DNA of 60,212 nucleotides, filler included, from Platydemus manokwari (GCA_037951405.1; 5 parts of 5 records of this genome joined end to end with filler, not necessarily neighbours in it), one strand, 5' to 3'; positions 39,378 to 53,595 are shown, counted from the whole stretch's first letter. Program-made: numbers and translations. The notes: generated by a model from the letters alone, not told the origin.

Positions 39378-42300
39378 CACAAATTCCAATGGGACATGAT
39401 GCTTACTGTGATGTTTATCAAAACGACTTTTGCTGGGATAATTCAATGGTACGAAAAACTAAATGTAGGATTTGTGTTGTGAGTTTCATTTCATATCTGA
39501 TTCGTACTCTAATAAGCTTATCAAGTATTTAACATTGTTTATATTTTAAATTTAATTTTCCGATATCATTGGAATCTCAAACCAATACGCTATTAGAATA
39601 CATTATATTTTTTGAAGTGATTTATCACTTTAATTGGATTTCTATTATTAATGAACGATAATTTCGAGGTTAAGAAATCATGAAAAATACTGGAAATTAT
39701 TTTGAATGTCAATTTTCTTTCGATATTAGCAGTAACTTTATTAATTAAATGATATCATCGATTACGAAATCAGTGATGGAAATATAGTTAGAAAGATGTT
39801 AAGAAAATTTTTTGGTAAACTTTTCTAGATTATAGGTGGTCCAGTCCTTTATAAATTGGCAAATTAATATAGAAACTCTCGGGACTCAATAATTGCCATA
39901 CTTTTCGCCAATATCAGAATTTGTCAATCAATCTCATATACTCTTTTAATTTGGTAAAGGAACTTCGACATCATATTTTATGATTCACCTGAGTATTGAC
40001 TATTTCAGCAGGCATTGTGGTCGATAGACCTATTTTTTATCCCATTCTACTCACCTATAACAAGTACATTAAAAAGATCATTAGTGAAATGTCTTTCATA
40101 GTTCATAACTGGGATTGGATTGGGGAACTTAGAGGTCCATATTGATCTCCCAATCAAACAATTTAACTGCTAGACTTTTCCCTGATTCCATACCGAAATA
40201 GCTATTTTCGTGTGCCCTGATCCTTCTTTGGGCACTGCTTTCATTATAGGATTGGATATATTTAGATTATCTCTGACCCGATCCGGTATGTATTCCAATT
40301 CTAATTCATTCCGTCCTATGGTGATAATGAGTAATAATAAGTTCACTCAACAATATATATTCACTAATAGTTCGTCAAACCCAATAATAATGTTCATATA
40401 TGTAAATTTTGGGTTCAGAGAATCTCTAATTTGTCCAAAATCACTTGTGTTCTTGCAAAAGTATTTCTATTCATCAATATTTAAAGGATATTTTATGTGA
40501 CTTAATTTAAAACCATATTTCTTTATTTCCGAAAGACTTACTTTACTGCTTTGCTGTGATATTTTGATGTTTTTTCAAGCACATAAGCATGTGATTCAGA
40601 TTAAAGAAACAACATTGAATATGAATGAATTGAATAGGTTGAACATACATTCGCATCTTTGATAATACTATAAAATGTCTTTACTATAATATTTTATAAA
40701 TATTTCATAAATTTTATTTCAGTTTTCATATTATGATTATAATCCAAGTGTTCCTGATCAATTTATGGCCGATCCTGTATGTATAAACAGTACCCCATTT
40801 AATTATCGAGGTATTACTGATGGTCATATCTGTAATTATTCTTTGAGATCATATTCGCATGGATATAAAATACAGAATTGCATGAAGGCATCAAAATGTA
40901 AACTGAATGAAAATAATCGGAGGAGAAACGGTCTTTTCAAAATGAGTTCGTGGCATAGAATAATTTATTTTATCAATTTTTTTCATTTATCTTAACATGA
41001 AATTTTTAATAATAATTAATAAATTATAAGGTTAAATGGCTTTCTTTTGTGCTTCATTATTCATTTCGAGACACTAATTGGCTAGCAGTGCTATGTTTAT
41101 AACTAAAGTTCGAAAGACTTGTAACAAATGTATCGATTTTTGCCTTTAGGATTCGCATACTTCGGTTTTAAACTAGAAATAAGAAACAATCGTTATGTCC
41201 GCAAATTTTGTATTTATTTTATTTTTATAAATTTTTTAACTATTTTGTGAGAGTTGATTTACTCGTGAACTTCATTTGATGGCACACTGTTTGCATATCA
41301 AATCGGAACAAAACAAAATTGTTGAACCGAGCTCCAACTCAAATAACATTTTTCTTACATTTGTAGCATAATGATGTATGATTCTTGGAATTTGCTAGAA
41401 ACATTTTTAGAATTTCCACAACTATATGTTTATTGAATAATATAATATTACTTATTCTTATAAAATAATTGCAAAAAATTGAAGGATCTCCTCGTCTCAT
41501 TTTAATGTTAAAACAAGTGATCCTCGCCAATTTTTACTTGTTTGCAAATTAACCTACTTTTGAAATAAAAACATTTTGTGTAATTTTAAAATTCTAGTTT
41601 CTTTAATTTTTGGTTTCCATCTAAAATTTATTTTAGATGCTTAAACTAAAAATTCAAAATATTTTTATTATAATTAAATGAACTATATCGTTTTTTGAAA
41701 TATACTCAACAAAAATTTTATTTTAGACTCCATTTTTAACTTTAGGCTATATTGCTATAAGCATAGAGTGCTTCAATATGTAAAAAAATTTTAAATTGAC
41801 TTTACCATTACATGGTATTTTATCTTTTAATTTAATTAAATTAAGCAAACATATTATCATATTTAACTCATCATTGAGTTGATAGATTAAATCCTTGTGT
41901 TATGCCCTTTAATTTTAGAAAGATATGCAAATAACTCTTACTTTACGAACGATTCCATCTCCATAATTCTTTTCGCCAAAAATCAATTGATTGGTTCATA
42001 TTATGTTATAAATGTTATGTGATTTGATTTTTCACCGAGGTGGTTTATGCAAAGATAACGCAATAAACAGAAATAAACTATAGCTAATTTAAACACAACT
42101 AAAGCAATTTCATTTCGCTATCGAGTAGGACTTAAATCTTAAACCTAATTATAAATTCCTATAAAAAGATTATAATTATCGATTTTCTTAAACTTAGATA
42201 GCTGTTCTAATATATTACAAATGAATATTACTTAATCATTTGTTTTCTTATCAAGTCAAAAGTAATTGTACAAACATTAGTCCTACTACCACCCGTCTAA

Positions 42301-42548
42301 CCACAACGACGACTACGACAAAACCGCCAACGACTACAACAAAACCAACAACGACTACAACAAAGCCGCCAACGACTACGACAAAACCGACAACAACTAC
42401 AACAAAACCGACAACGACTACAACAAAACCGCCAACGACTACAACAAAACCGCCAACTACTACAACGACATCTACAACAATTTCGACAACTAAACTCACT
42501 ACAAGTTCTACAATAGTTTTTAATAAACAACCGTTATCATATAAATAA
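39378..42548 (+). CDS. Cys-rich Ly6/uPAR-like module followed by Thr-rich mucin-like repeat (5' exon unresolved)
   Basis: Exons 39378-39478 (QIPMGHDAYCDVYQNDFCWDNSMVRKTKCRICV|GTGAGT), 40723-40897 or -40930 (FSYYDYNPSVPDQFMADPVCINSTPFNYRGITDGHICNYSLRSYSHGYKIQNCMKASK) and 42256-42548 (KSNCTNISPTTT..(KPPTTTT)n..NKQPLSYK*). Phases are compatible. The phase-0 intron after CxxC-hydrophobic matches the Ly6 gene at 45061. Confidence 0.6.
42300..42470 (+). repeat. Coding minisatellite, about 21-nt unit encoding KPPTTTT/KPTTTTT
   Basis: About 7 copies of aaaccg(c/a)caacgactacaaca. Confidence 0.9.
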
Positions 42549-44634
42549 TTTAAATTTTTTAATTCTAATTATAATTGATGAATGATGAATTCATTGATTA
42601 AGAAATAAATTTTAATAAAAAAAATGAAATTCAATATAACCCTTGGTATAGCTGTCATTTTATTAAAACATTTAAATATTCAAAAAACTATCAAATTTAT
42701 TTCAAATCTTTAAATCCCATTTTATAAAGTTTTTAGGTTTAGATTTTAAAATAGTTTAAATTTAGGATTTTTTTTATCCAAAATATTAAATTTTGACAAA
42801 TAGGAATATTATTTATTTTCTTTTTATGAATTTTAATTTCTATAATTTAATACTTTATGGGGCTAAATTGATGGTTTTCAACCTTTTAATGGTGTGGAAT
42901 CCTTTACAAACAACCAATTCCTCAGGAAACCCATACCATTAATCTGTTTTGTAAAATTACAAGTAAATGATATTCCTAAATGTGTTGAAGCAATGAATGA
43001 TTTAATTTTATTACAAGGAATTTTTTTGAAGCAACAGAGTAAAGGACGTTTTCTTGCAAAAAATTGTTGAAGATGTAGTATATGTTTTGTTCTTTTGTAA
43101 AACTTAAAATTAGTTGAGCACAAGTGGATCGCAATACATTTAGTCTATCTTTTCGGAACCTTGGATACAAACCACTTGTCGGACATCAAAGAAATTTTAT
43201 TATGAATTGTATTGACAACAATATTACAACTTATTTCTTCTTCCATAGATGTGTATGAACAGGATTTGAACTTTGGATTCTACAGTACAATTTCATTGAT
43301 TTTTGATCTTTTATCTGCATTTAATTTGGGTGAATTTATATCATAAATTATTTGTTTTAATAAATTAAAATAATCACCATTACCTGTTGATGAACTCATG
43401 AATCCGGTGTACCATTATAAGACCAAGATCCCTACGTGTAGAGGGTGTTGTGGTGCAAAACACGATTGAATCCATCATTGATAATAACATTATTGTTGGT
43501 GTAATTCACTGAACTCAGTAATTAATTATTACTAAGATATTCTCAACTATTGATAAAATATCTATTTGAATCAAATAATCTTACAAAATATCTTAATTTT
43601 CACTGTAATTTTTAAAGTAATTTATAAATTTAATATTTTTAATTCTAGTAGAAAATATTGAAAAATAATTTGATAGTTCAAAATTTTTATTTTTAATGTT
43701 TTAAATTAAGAAAATATTAGATTATAAAATAAATTGATGGTGAATTTTCTTTGTTGAATCAAAAATATTCAAATTCAGTTCAGATAAACATCTTTATAAA
43801 GTTATAAGTCTTGTTCTTTCTTTATTTCTTTCACTATTATTTGTTAATTTTTAAGTATATTTTTAATTAACATTACATTTTTAAAAAATTTTTAATTTTT
43901 GCTGTTAGTATATCATTTTTAGTTTATTCTTCAGAACTTTATGAGTTATATTTTTAACGAATTTTATGTTTTCAGGGATTACTACAAAATCCACCGAAAA
44001 AAAGGATCCAACTAGCAAGTTTTATGTTTATTTTAAAATGAGCTCTAATCGATATCCACATATAGATTATAGAGATACGTTTTTCAAAATCAATTATTTT
44101 TGAGATTTGAGTAATTAAAAATTGAATAATAATCATAGTAGAGTTTGTCAATAGTAAATTTAAATTTTGAAATTCGTTATAACCAGTCATTGAAAAGTTT
44201 TTCGAAAATTTTATTAGATATATTTTTAAACAAATATTTCCCAGAGAGATTTAATTATTACCAATCTTATTCAGAAATATAAATATTTCAATATGTAAAA
44301 AATGTTAAAATTCAAAAATTATTTGATATTAAATTTTCAAATAATTCACTAAAAATTCAATGTATAAAACATTTTTTTAAAATAATTCATTTTTATAATT
44401 ATTTAAATTTGTTCCTTTTAAATTTATTTAAATTTAAATATTGCTCACATAGTTGATACTGAGTCACTGAATTTCCAATTTTATCTATTTGTTTGAATCG
44501 TTCTTGTAATTGATTACCGAGAATATATATTTAATAGTGAGTGCGATTATACGTAGTTGGATTGTGCCACGATTATTTAACCAGTGTTCAATGAATCAAG
44601 AAATAACACTTTATAGACTTTTAATGGTTTAGAA

Positions 44635-45002
44635 CAGCGGATCTCAACCTTTTTTATGGCGGCCCATTTTTCTCATTTTTAAGATCTTGGCAACCACAAA
44701 GAAAATCAATATTACTAAAAATAAGTCATAACTCACCTTATTTAATAAAGCCAATATACAACAAGTTAATGAGAATGTTGATACAACCTATAATAATAAG
44801 ATTATCAGATAATAACATTACCTATAAAATGCTTAAATGTAGTAGTCAAGGTGATTGTGAACAGTAGTAGTTTAATCAGCATCACAAGCTATTTATTTAA
44901 CAGCATTATAAAACATGATTTTTCACATGTAATGGTTTGTACACCTACCACAATTCTGCGACCCATTTTAAAAAGGCTTGTCAACCCCGGGGTTGAGAGC
45001 TG
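44635..45002. mobile_element. hAT (Buster/Charlie-type) MITE
   Basis: Ends CAGCGGATCTCAACC ... GGTTGAGAGCTG. 8-bp TSD GTTTAGAA (44627-44634) / GTTTAGAG (45003-45010) with the central TA typical of Buster elements. Confidence 0.8.
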
Positions 45003-45060
45003 GTTTAGAGTGTCATCTATTTTTTCTATTACTTACTATAATTTTATTATTTTAAAATAG

Positions 45061-45441
45061 AAATTCGATGTTATGGCTATCACGCTAACAAATCTGTCGT
45101 ATTGTTCTATCAGTGTTCAGGTTGTATAGTAAGTTGTTGTTTAAGATCACTAGTTATACAGTTTGGTTTATGACTAGATCACTACGGTTTATCGTTATCC
45201 TGAAAGGCCTTGGCTTGATTGTATTCGACCAGATTTGGATCCAACACAGAGATATGATTCATTTTGTAATCAATATGTATTGGACTCCGATGTTCTCGTA
45301 TATGTCAGCTGTTGTTATTCCGATCTTTGTAATAATCCGAACAATTGCTCTAATTTGTTTTTAATAGCGGATCTCAGCTCATCGTTAAAATATTTGGGCT
45401 ATTTATTAATTTATATATTAACAAATCGTCTATTAATATAA
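45061..45441 (+). CDS. Ly6/uPAR (CD59-like three-finger) protein with GPI-anchor-like C-terminus; 5' exon unresolved
   Basis: Exons 45061-45128 (IRCYGYHANKSVVLFYQCSGCI|GTAAGT) and 45178-45441 (ITTVYRYPERPWLDCIRPDLDPTQRYDSFCNQYVLDSDVLVYVSCCYSDLCNNPNNCSNLFLIADLSSSLKYLGYLLIYILTNRLLI*), with a 49-nt intron. Has the IxCY start, the CCxxDLCN signature and a hydrophobic tail. Confidence 0.85.
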
Positions 45442-48052
45442 ATAGATGACGTCAAATTGGATTAATATTTTGATCTAATTTATTATCTCGATACAGCGCT
45501 TTGTATTTACCAACAAAATAAATATTTTATTCGAGAAATTTTCATTTCATCACTTCCTTTCATTGATTGCACCTTAAATTGATACTTTGTCAAAATTATA
45601 TATTTTTATCGAAACCTTTGTCAAGTTTAACCTGACATAAAAACCGACCAAAAACATTTTAATATACTTATTGAAGAGATTTTATCACAAACGGATTATT
45701 TTAATTTATAAAATGCTTTGACCACTATGACTTTATGTGAATTACATTCAACAAGAGAGACTGTGAAAACAAATATTGGTTTGGATATTATTGTCATGAC
45801 TTTTTTGAGTATGGAAGATTCTTTAGTAAAAACCATAATGACTCTAGCAACGCCCAAACCCAATGTTTTCGATAATTAAACAAAAAAACTTTCACGGTGG
45901 CACATACACATATAAATACTTATCAGAATTGACGAAGTATATGCTCAAGTGATGATGACAAAAGTAGATGGATTGGCCAATCTCACTGGTGATCATGTAG
46001 AGATTAATAATCCAATTTCAAATTTTTGAAATCTAAATATTAGACCACAAAATACATGACCCACACAGATCTGTTGGGTTTTTGATGTTAAGTGATGTTT
46101 GTGAAACTCAGTAGCGTGAGTTCTTAATAATCGATTAGCATTGGATTGTTGTAAAGATTATTGAATCAACAAACACAAATTACTTTTTCTAAAAACTTTA
46201 TATAATATAACAAAATCATACACGTAGTTTAGCTCGTAAAATAAAGTTATTAACAATAAGTACAGTTACCTTGGGAGATCGGTAGAACTCGACTGTCCTT
46301 AGTAAAATTTAAATATTGATTTTAAAAAATTATTCAATTTTTATTCAAAAGGGAGGATTAAATTAAATTTAATTATATACAAAGAAATTTTACCAAAGAA
46401 TATTATCGCATTTTTGATTATTGCATTTTATTGTCGTCTCAAGCTCTCAAATCTGTATGATTAATTATTATTTCCTTTTCATCGCAAATCTCGAATTTCA
46501 AACTTTCGCACGAATTTAAACTCTTTAAGATTTTTTGTAAGAGTGATTTATAGTCGTTCATATACATCCGAAAAAATTATCAATAAATATTCATAATCAT
46601 AAAATCATTTTATACAGAATCATAGAATAAAATGTTCAAAATTATTATAAAAATAAAATTTTCTATTAATGTTTAACAGAATCAGAGTCATAAAGGATAA
46701 ATGTTCACAATGATGATTATGTCAAATTATTAAATTGAACTGGAATTCGAAGATTAGGATTTGAATTGGGAATTTCTTTAGGCATTTATCTTATTTTTTT
46801 TTAGTTTTTCCCAGACTTTTTTCATATTAAGTCATTGTTACAATCTGCTATGAGCTTTCTTTTCACTTTCGCTCTCCTTATTTATCGACCCATATTTCTT
46901 TGAGGTTGTTGTATATCTTGCAGATTCTGTCGCATCGTTTTATCTTTGCCATTACTCAAATGGGTTTACTTTCATGGGTATTTTCTCATTATTTGGTACA
47001 CTATCTGCTTCTTTGTCTGAGTAGAAGATCAGGTTACCAATACTATTATGCTCTTTCCAACAGATCTTTAATTATTAATACATTAAAGATCATAACGTTT
47101 TATAAAGTTTGGTGTCAGAAATGGTATCAATTTATCAATCAAAATTTGCTTGATTATAATTCTATTGTTGCACAATATTTCCTTTGAAACTTAGAATATA
47201 TCAACACTTAAATTTAGAATGATAAGATTTTCAAAGCACCTGAACAATTGCCTTCTACGATTGATTATATACTGAAAAATGATGTCGAAGGTACATTATC
47301 ATTTGTTATTAATAGATGGAAATTTTCGCCGCTTCATTTGAGTCTGTACATCATAAAATCATAAAATATTATAAATATACTTAATTTTCAAAGTAAGGTA
47401 TGCAACAAGATCACACTGACTTGCAAATTAAATAACATTGCAGTACTCTCACAAACAGACATAATATAATTAAAGAAATAGCCTTTGAAAAATTAAAAAA
47501 AATTAAATGACTCACCAATAAATTTAGAAGGAGCATTACATTGGCAAAACCTTATGCTAAATAAAATTTGGCAGAGAAAAACAAGAGAAGCAATCAAGCA
47601 TACAGTAAACAAATTTAAGACGACTAATAAATATGTGATAAATGGCTATGAAATTTGTTTTAGAATATTGTAAAAATTCTAATTTGCACTGAAACGATAT
47701 AAGAGAATATTGGTTCAAATAAATTATTTGAATTTCTAAGTCAAAACTTCCTGATAAATTAAAATTTAAAATGGATTAACCAGATTTTAAGTGGAAGATA
47801 TACAACTTAAACTTCTGAAATTACTTCAGCGTTGAATATAAAAGTATTCGGATAAAAACTAACAATCTTTTTATTAAATTTACTCGTAAAGCTAAATTCG
47901 ACGTGCTCCCAACACTTAATAAAAAATATTTGAGGGACGTATAATTCAGAAAGTGCTTGTATATAATTGAATGATATTTATTAGGCTGAGTCAAAAGTTA
48001 TTCATGTTTTTTAGTTGTTTAAAGTTTTTGTTTTACCAAATCATTTAAACAT

Positions 48053-48152
48053 NNNNNNNNNNNNNNNNNNNNNNNNNNNNNNNNNNNNNNNNNNNNTTAA
48101 TTAATTAANNNNNNNNNNNNNNNNNNNNNNNNNNNNNNNNNNNNNNNNNNNN
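48053..48152. other. Artificial contig spacer (44 N + TTAATTAATTAA + 44 N)
   Basis: Linker at 48097-48108. Confidence 0.97.
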
Positions 48153-48779
48153 TTTAAAAATAAATGAATTCCGTAGTTTACGCAAATTATAATTATTAGA
48201 GTTAGATTATCATTAAAGTATATCAATAAACATAAAAATCTAACAGTCATTGATAATTTCAAAAATTTAAATATTTTGTAATTTTTTTTATTTATAACCG
48301 TTCGACAGGAAAATTAGGTAACAATTTATTTATCGACTAATTTATCTAACTTCCTTTACTTCTGATCAAGTAACAGTAATTCTCTTTTGTAATTGTGTTT
48401 TAGTTTAATATCAGGATTTAACTCGTTATGAACTGCTAAATAAGCCTCAGAGTTCTTGTTTTGATGTATCTATTAATAAAGCTTATTTATTAACCAATTC
48501 CTTTGTATCTTATAGATACTTTCCACACTAAACCACATAAAAGCTCCAGTTTTGATGGTAAATCCTATGATATGTTTCAAACATTCTTAAAACTTAATTA
48601 TTCAAAGTGATTTGATTAAAAATCCATAAAAATTTACAATTTGATTAATAAAACTACGAATATGTTCTAAAAATTATAAAATATCATAAAAAGTTATTTA
48701 TTCCCTTCAAAACTTGCATTACGTCTTATATTAAATACATGTTTTGGGCATTTTGGAAGTCATATTTCGATAAAAGATA

Positions 48780-49560
48780 TACAAATATTTATTCATAAAC
48801 ATTGACAATCGCGATACTCATATATTAAAGTATGGATACACATAGTTCTTTCATTCGATCGTTCTATGGATCACAGTTCGCTAGTTGAATCTTACAATCC
48901 ATTTAACATTTCAATCAATTCTGTCTCCGATTTCCGATAGCAATTGCCCGATATATCTTCTTTTCATATTTTTTAAGATGTCTTTGTTGCTCTCATCTTT
49001 CCCACTTGTGGAACCCCTATGGCTGATAGCTCGCATTTATATTTGGCTTTATGCAAGCAATGGCTATTTTATGTATCAATTTCTTTTTATTTTCATATCC
49101 ATCCCGAGTTTCTCGTTGGTTTGTGTTTGCCAAGTTCTGAGAACCCATACCCAACTAAAGTGAACAATTCCACAGTCCAGTTAGGCCAGTTTCTTTTGAT
49201 CGTATTTCAGAGGTTTGAGTATCTTTCGATATTTTTCGAGCTGTTTCAGTCATCAGTGCAGGATCATTCATAGAGTATTTTACATATGTAACGAGCGTAG
49301 GTTTTATGTCATTTATTAGTTTGGATTCCGTGAATCGGCATTCTTTCTTCACAAAGACTCTGTAGGCCATCATAATGATAATTTCCGTGTCTGTATCAGG
49401 TTAAGTATAACCGTAGTGACACCGTATGGGTGAGGAATATAAAATAAAATACAATTACAACATGCTCGTCTTGGTTCACTGAATCTGAGTGTATTGTCAT
49501 TGGGTTCCCTATCCACTGAAAGGTGAATTTTGAAATGGAGTATTCGAGATTTCATTAGAT
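48780..49560 (-). mobile_element. Decayed Polinton-type retroviral-like integrase (C-terminal half)
   Basis: Ordered fragments across frames: LSVDREP (cf. LxTDxGxEF), DIKPTLVT (cf. MKPxDVT), ARKISK (cf. VRISK), KRNWPNWTVELFTLV (cf. KGYxPNWTxEIFTI) and NVKWI (chromodomain-like VKW). Confidence 0.5.
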
Positions 49561-52500
49561 ACTGATCAGTAGAAGAGTTATGATTGATAAAGGCTCGATC
49601 AAATGACTATTTTATAAATAAAGCAGGTTCTACGTACAATTATAAAGGTTCGTATTTATCATATACAAAATAGGTATGATATTCTGAATATATATTCATC
49701 ACAGGTTTAGTTTATAATCTGTACCTTATGATTTTTATAAACTAGTATAAATAAAGGTCATTTTATTTTACATGAAGTTATTTTTGATAATAATTTATGA
49801 AAACTATATGTGTGTATGTATTGCTTTTTATAGCTATTTTATATAATGTTACACAGTTCCATGTATTATTATAAAGGTTGTGAGTTGTATATATCCACGT
49901 GTCTAAGGAATGTGATATTAATGTATCACAAACTGGAGGTTACACCAGTGAATATAATGAACTAAAATAGTAGCGATCTGTAATGAATGGTTATAATTGA
50001 TTTTCGATCAGAGTGGTATTAATCAAGTTTGACTGGATTTGGATTCAATTAATTAAATTAATTTTTGCAAAATCAGCAAAAAATAGTAAAAAATTTAAAG
50101 AAGTAATTTATAGAAGTATTTTAATATTAATGAATGAAAATTGTGTTTTTTGTACATCAATAAATAAAATGTACTCAAAAATTTCTTCTCAAATTAGTAT
50201 TGAATGAATTTTTAATTCTGTCAACTTATTAGAAAATTGATTTATCCAACTGAAATCTGAATGCAAATCGTGTTACTTAAAAGGAATTCAATCCATTCCT
50301 AACTGATTTGACATACAATAAATGATATTCGAGTCAATAATAATTTTCTTCTAAATTTAAGAGTTCAATTCCAATTTTTACTCATTATTTCAATTTGACA
50401 TACCAAATTATGCTTAGAGACCAACCACTGGGACAAATTAAATGGCCGCTTATTACTTCTGACAACAGTGAACGGCTTAGTTGAACTATGAAATAAAATT
50501 TCCATTAACATTGTCAATACCAAATATTTAAAGAAATTCAGTTTGATTATTTAAATGGTGATATTAAAAATATTAAATTTGAATTGAAACTAATAGAACA
50601 GAACATGTTAAGTACAATTATTGATCGATAATATGAATAATTGTTATGAATTACTGTAATTCTATTTAAGAAATGTATTGAAAATTGAATAGGAAATTCT
50701 CAACCTCGATTCAGTTACTATTATATAATGAACCACTGCTGCAAATGTTTAAAATTCAGATAATCTGTAACATCAAAACAGTGCACATGGAATATTCAAA
50801 ACCTCGATTGTAATATTATACTGCTGTATAATTAAGAAAGCATTTTATTATTAATTAAGAATCTTTTTCATCCATCGAGTGTTTAAAACTACTAGAAAAT
50901 ATCTTAGAATTAGATCTTAAGTGATGTAGACACTGATAAGCAATACAAACAATTTCAGTAACCAATCAAAAGTTTCTAAATTATCTCTAATTGAATTTCG
51001 GCTTTCAATGGAGACATGTCAACGAAAAATAACGAACTATCAGTTGAGCCTATGGTCTTGAAAAATGAAAAAACCTATAATCAAAACCCTCAGTAGGTTT
51101 GGGGAATGTTGAACAAATCAAATCAATGAAAAAGACATTTATCGATACACACAAAATTTACAATACATAACGAATGAGCTATCGGCAGAAATTGCTAGTC
51201 TTTAATGTCAGGTAACCCGTATACTTATTTTATCTTTCGAGTGCTGAGTTTGCTGTGATTTTAAAATATGTTTTTGGTTTTTATTTCATTTTGTGCGAAT
51301 TAGATTTGTAAACCAGAGTTTGGTGTGACAATATTTTATTGGCTGCAAATTTGAATTATCGATTTTGATTAATTAAATCATTTCACATTTTAATTAATTC
51401 AATAATCAAACGCTTCGATATCTAGATAAGCATATTCAATGAGAACTCAGATTGTATTTTTAAATTAGAAATATGCTTGGAAGATCAAATTATCTTATTA
51501 AGAAAACAATGATAATTACAATATCAATGCGGAAAATATTTATCATTAGAAATTAGCTTTAAACAATTCATTAGATGTACAACAAATGAATTCATTTAAC
51601 CAAATTGTTAAAATATCTTTTTTATTCTGTCCAATTATGTTAAAGCTGAAAGAACAGATGGTTTTGTTTTCTGTTGAAATGTTTCAACTCTCAATGGCAA
51701 TATATGAGGTTGCAGTTTTAAAATTTATTTAAGAATGTGATTAATTAATGCAAATTGAATAATTTTTATCAACGCTTGACACGTGCTGAATAAGAGTAAG
51801 GAAAAAATCAATATTTTCTCGCGATTTGAGAATGAGTTTGGGATTGATAATATTCGTTATCTTTTAATCTCTATTCAAAGATCATACACACAAGCGTGAG
51901 CTGAATATATTGATGTAATATTGAGTAATCACCAACGAAGACTAATCTAGGATTAAAAATGAATTTGTAACGAAGTTAATTAAAGATGAGATTAATGGGA
52001 ATTTTTAGTGCATTAAAATTGAAAGCTAATACCGAAAAAATTAATAAATTAAAACCCATCAACCAAGAAACAAACAATTAATCAATCTTTGTTAGCTATT
52101 TATATGAGCTTGTGTTGTTTAATAATTTCTTGAGCTAGATACGTTCGAAAAAGCAAAGTTTTTTAATTCAATTGGATTCACTAGAATTCACTAGAATTCT
52201 CATAGATTAATATAAACTTTTAAAGTACCGAAAAAGATTTAAATAAGATTATAGAGATAATTAAAATTAATTTATTTTATGTAAAATCTTGTTTCGTTCG
52301 ATTTGAAATAGAGTAAATTTTTTATTTCTGAAATTCGTAATATCCGGAAAATATTTTTTGATATAATGTATTAGGAAAATCTTGCATTTGTACCAATATT
52401 TCTTCAAGCTCCATTTCTTAATTCACACATCGTGATTTTGCATTAACATACATATTGCCTATTAGATGTCAAGATAAACGATTGGTTAATCTTATATACA

Positions 52501-53069
52501 AGTATCACCATTGCTTTTAGCAATTCTCTCATTAGAATCTAATCAATTTAAAAGAAAATCCAAAACACATTATCGTACTTATAGTATATAAAAAATTCTT
52601 TTTAATGACTTTACAATCATTTAGTGATTGATCGGATGAATAGAAAATGGGTTTCGTTTTTCGTTTTACAGATCTCCTTTTTATTTTGTAATATATTGTT
52701 ATATTCTAAGTAATCCGCTATAATTGAAAGAATCAAATCACCTAAAATTAAATGAATTAAATATACTAATTTATTTAATAATTTAACGTCATAACATGTG
52801 GCCTTGTTTGACTAAAGTATTCAATATTGATTATGAAATAATTTCTTATATCCCTAAAATTATCAAGCAAATTATGATTTCACTAAATTTTCGAAAAATA
52901 GAACTTAGTTCGATTACACTTTTTCAACTGATAAGATATGAATTTCATATTTCGAATTATTACTATAAAATGATGACAATATGTCGATAAGTTTAAATTT
53001 AACTCTATATTAAGATATCTAAAATCAGTGGAGCTCAATTTTTTTCTCAACGAAAATTATTATTTAAAT

Positions 53070-53587
53070 CAGTGATTCGCAAAGTGGTCCATATGGACCC
53101 CCAAGAGTCAATAAAGACCTGTAAGGGGTCTACGTGGGTTAAAAAAATTGGGGGGTCAATGGAAAGAATTTTTCAAAAATTGCAAAAAACAGTATAATTG
53201 ATACAATTTTAATATTTAAAAAAATTATAAAAATTTAACCTTGTAGTATTATCAAGTCGGGATATTTGCTTATTGTCTTATATATTATACGCATGTTCTA
53301 TTTTATACGCATACAGCGAATCGCACTTAAGCTTCTTTCTCGGCAATAAAATTAACCTTATTTATGAGCTCATTGATTTTAAAAAGGAAAATATTTAATA
53401 ACAATATAAATGGGTAATTAGGCACATATAAATTATACTTAAAATGTTTTGTTTCTTTGGCTTTTTTCACATTATGGGAACTTCACTACTGTAGAAATTT
53501 GAATCTTTTATATTGTAGCAAGGGGTCTACACAAAACCTAAAAACATGGGAAGGGGTCTACGAGAAAAAAAAGTTTGAGAACCTCTG
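53070..53587. mobile_element. hAT (Buster/Charlie-type) MITE
   Basis: TIR CAGTGATTCGCAAAGT versus reverse-complemented CAGAGGTTCTCAAACT (12/16). Subterminal GGGGTC(T/A)A repeats at both ends. 8-bp TSD ATTTAAAT (53062-53069) / ATCTAAAT (53588-53595). Confidence 0.85.
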
Positions 53588-53595
53588 ATCTAAAT

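Noticed and set aside
42251-42530. Val-rich and Cys/Arg-rich ORFs on the - strand
   Set aside because: Antisense readings of the Thr-rich minisatellite.
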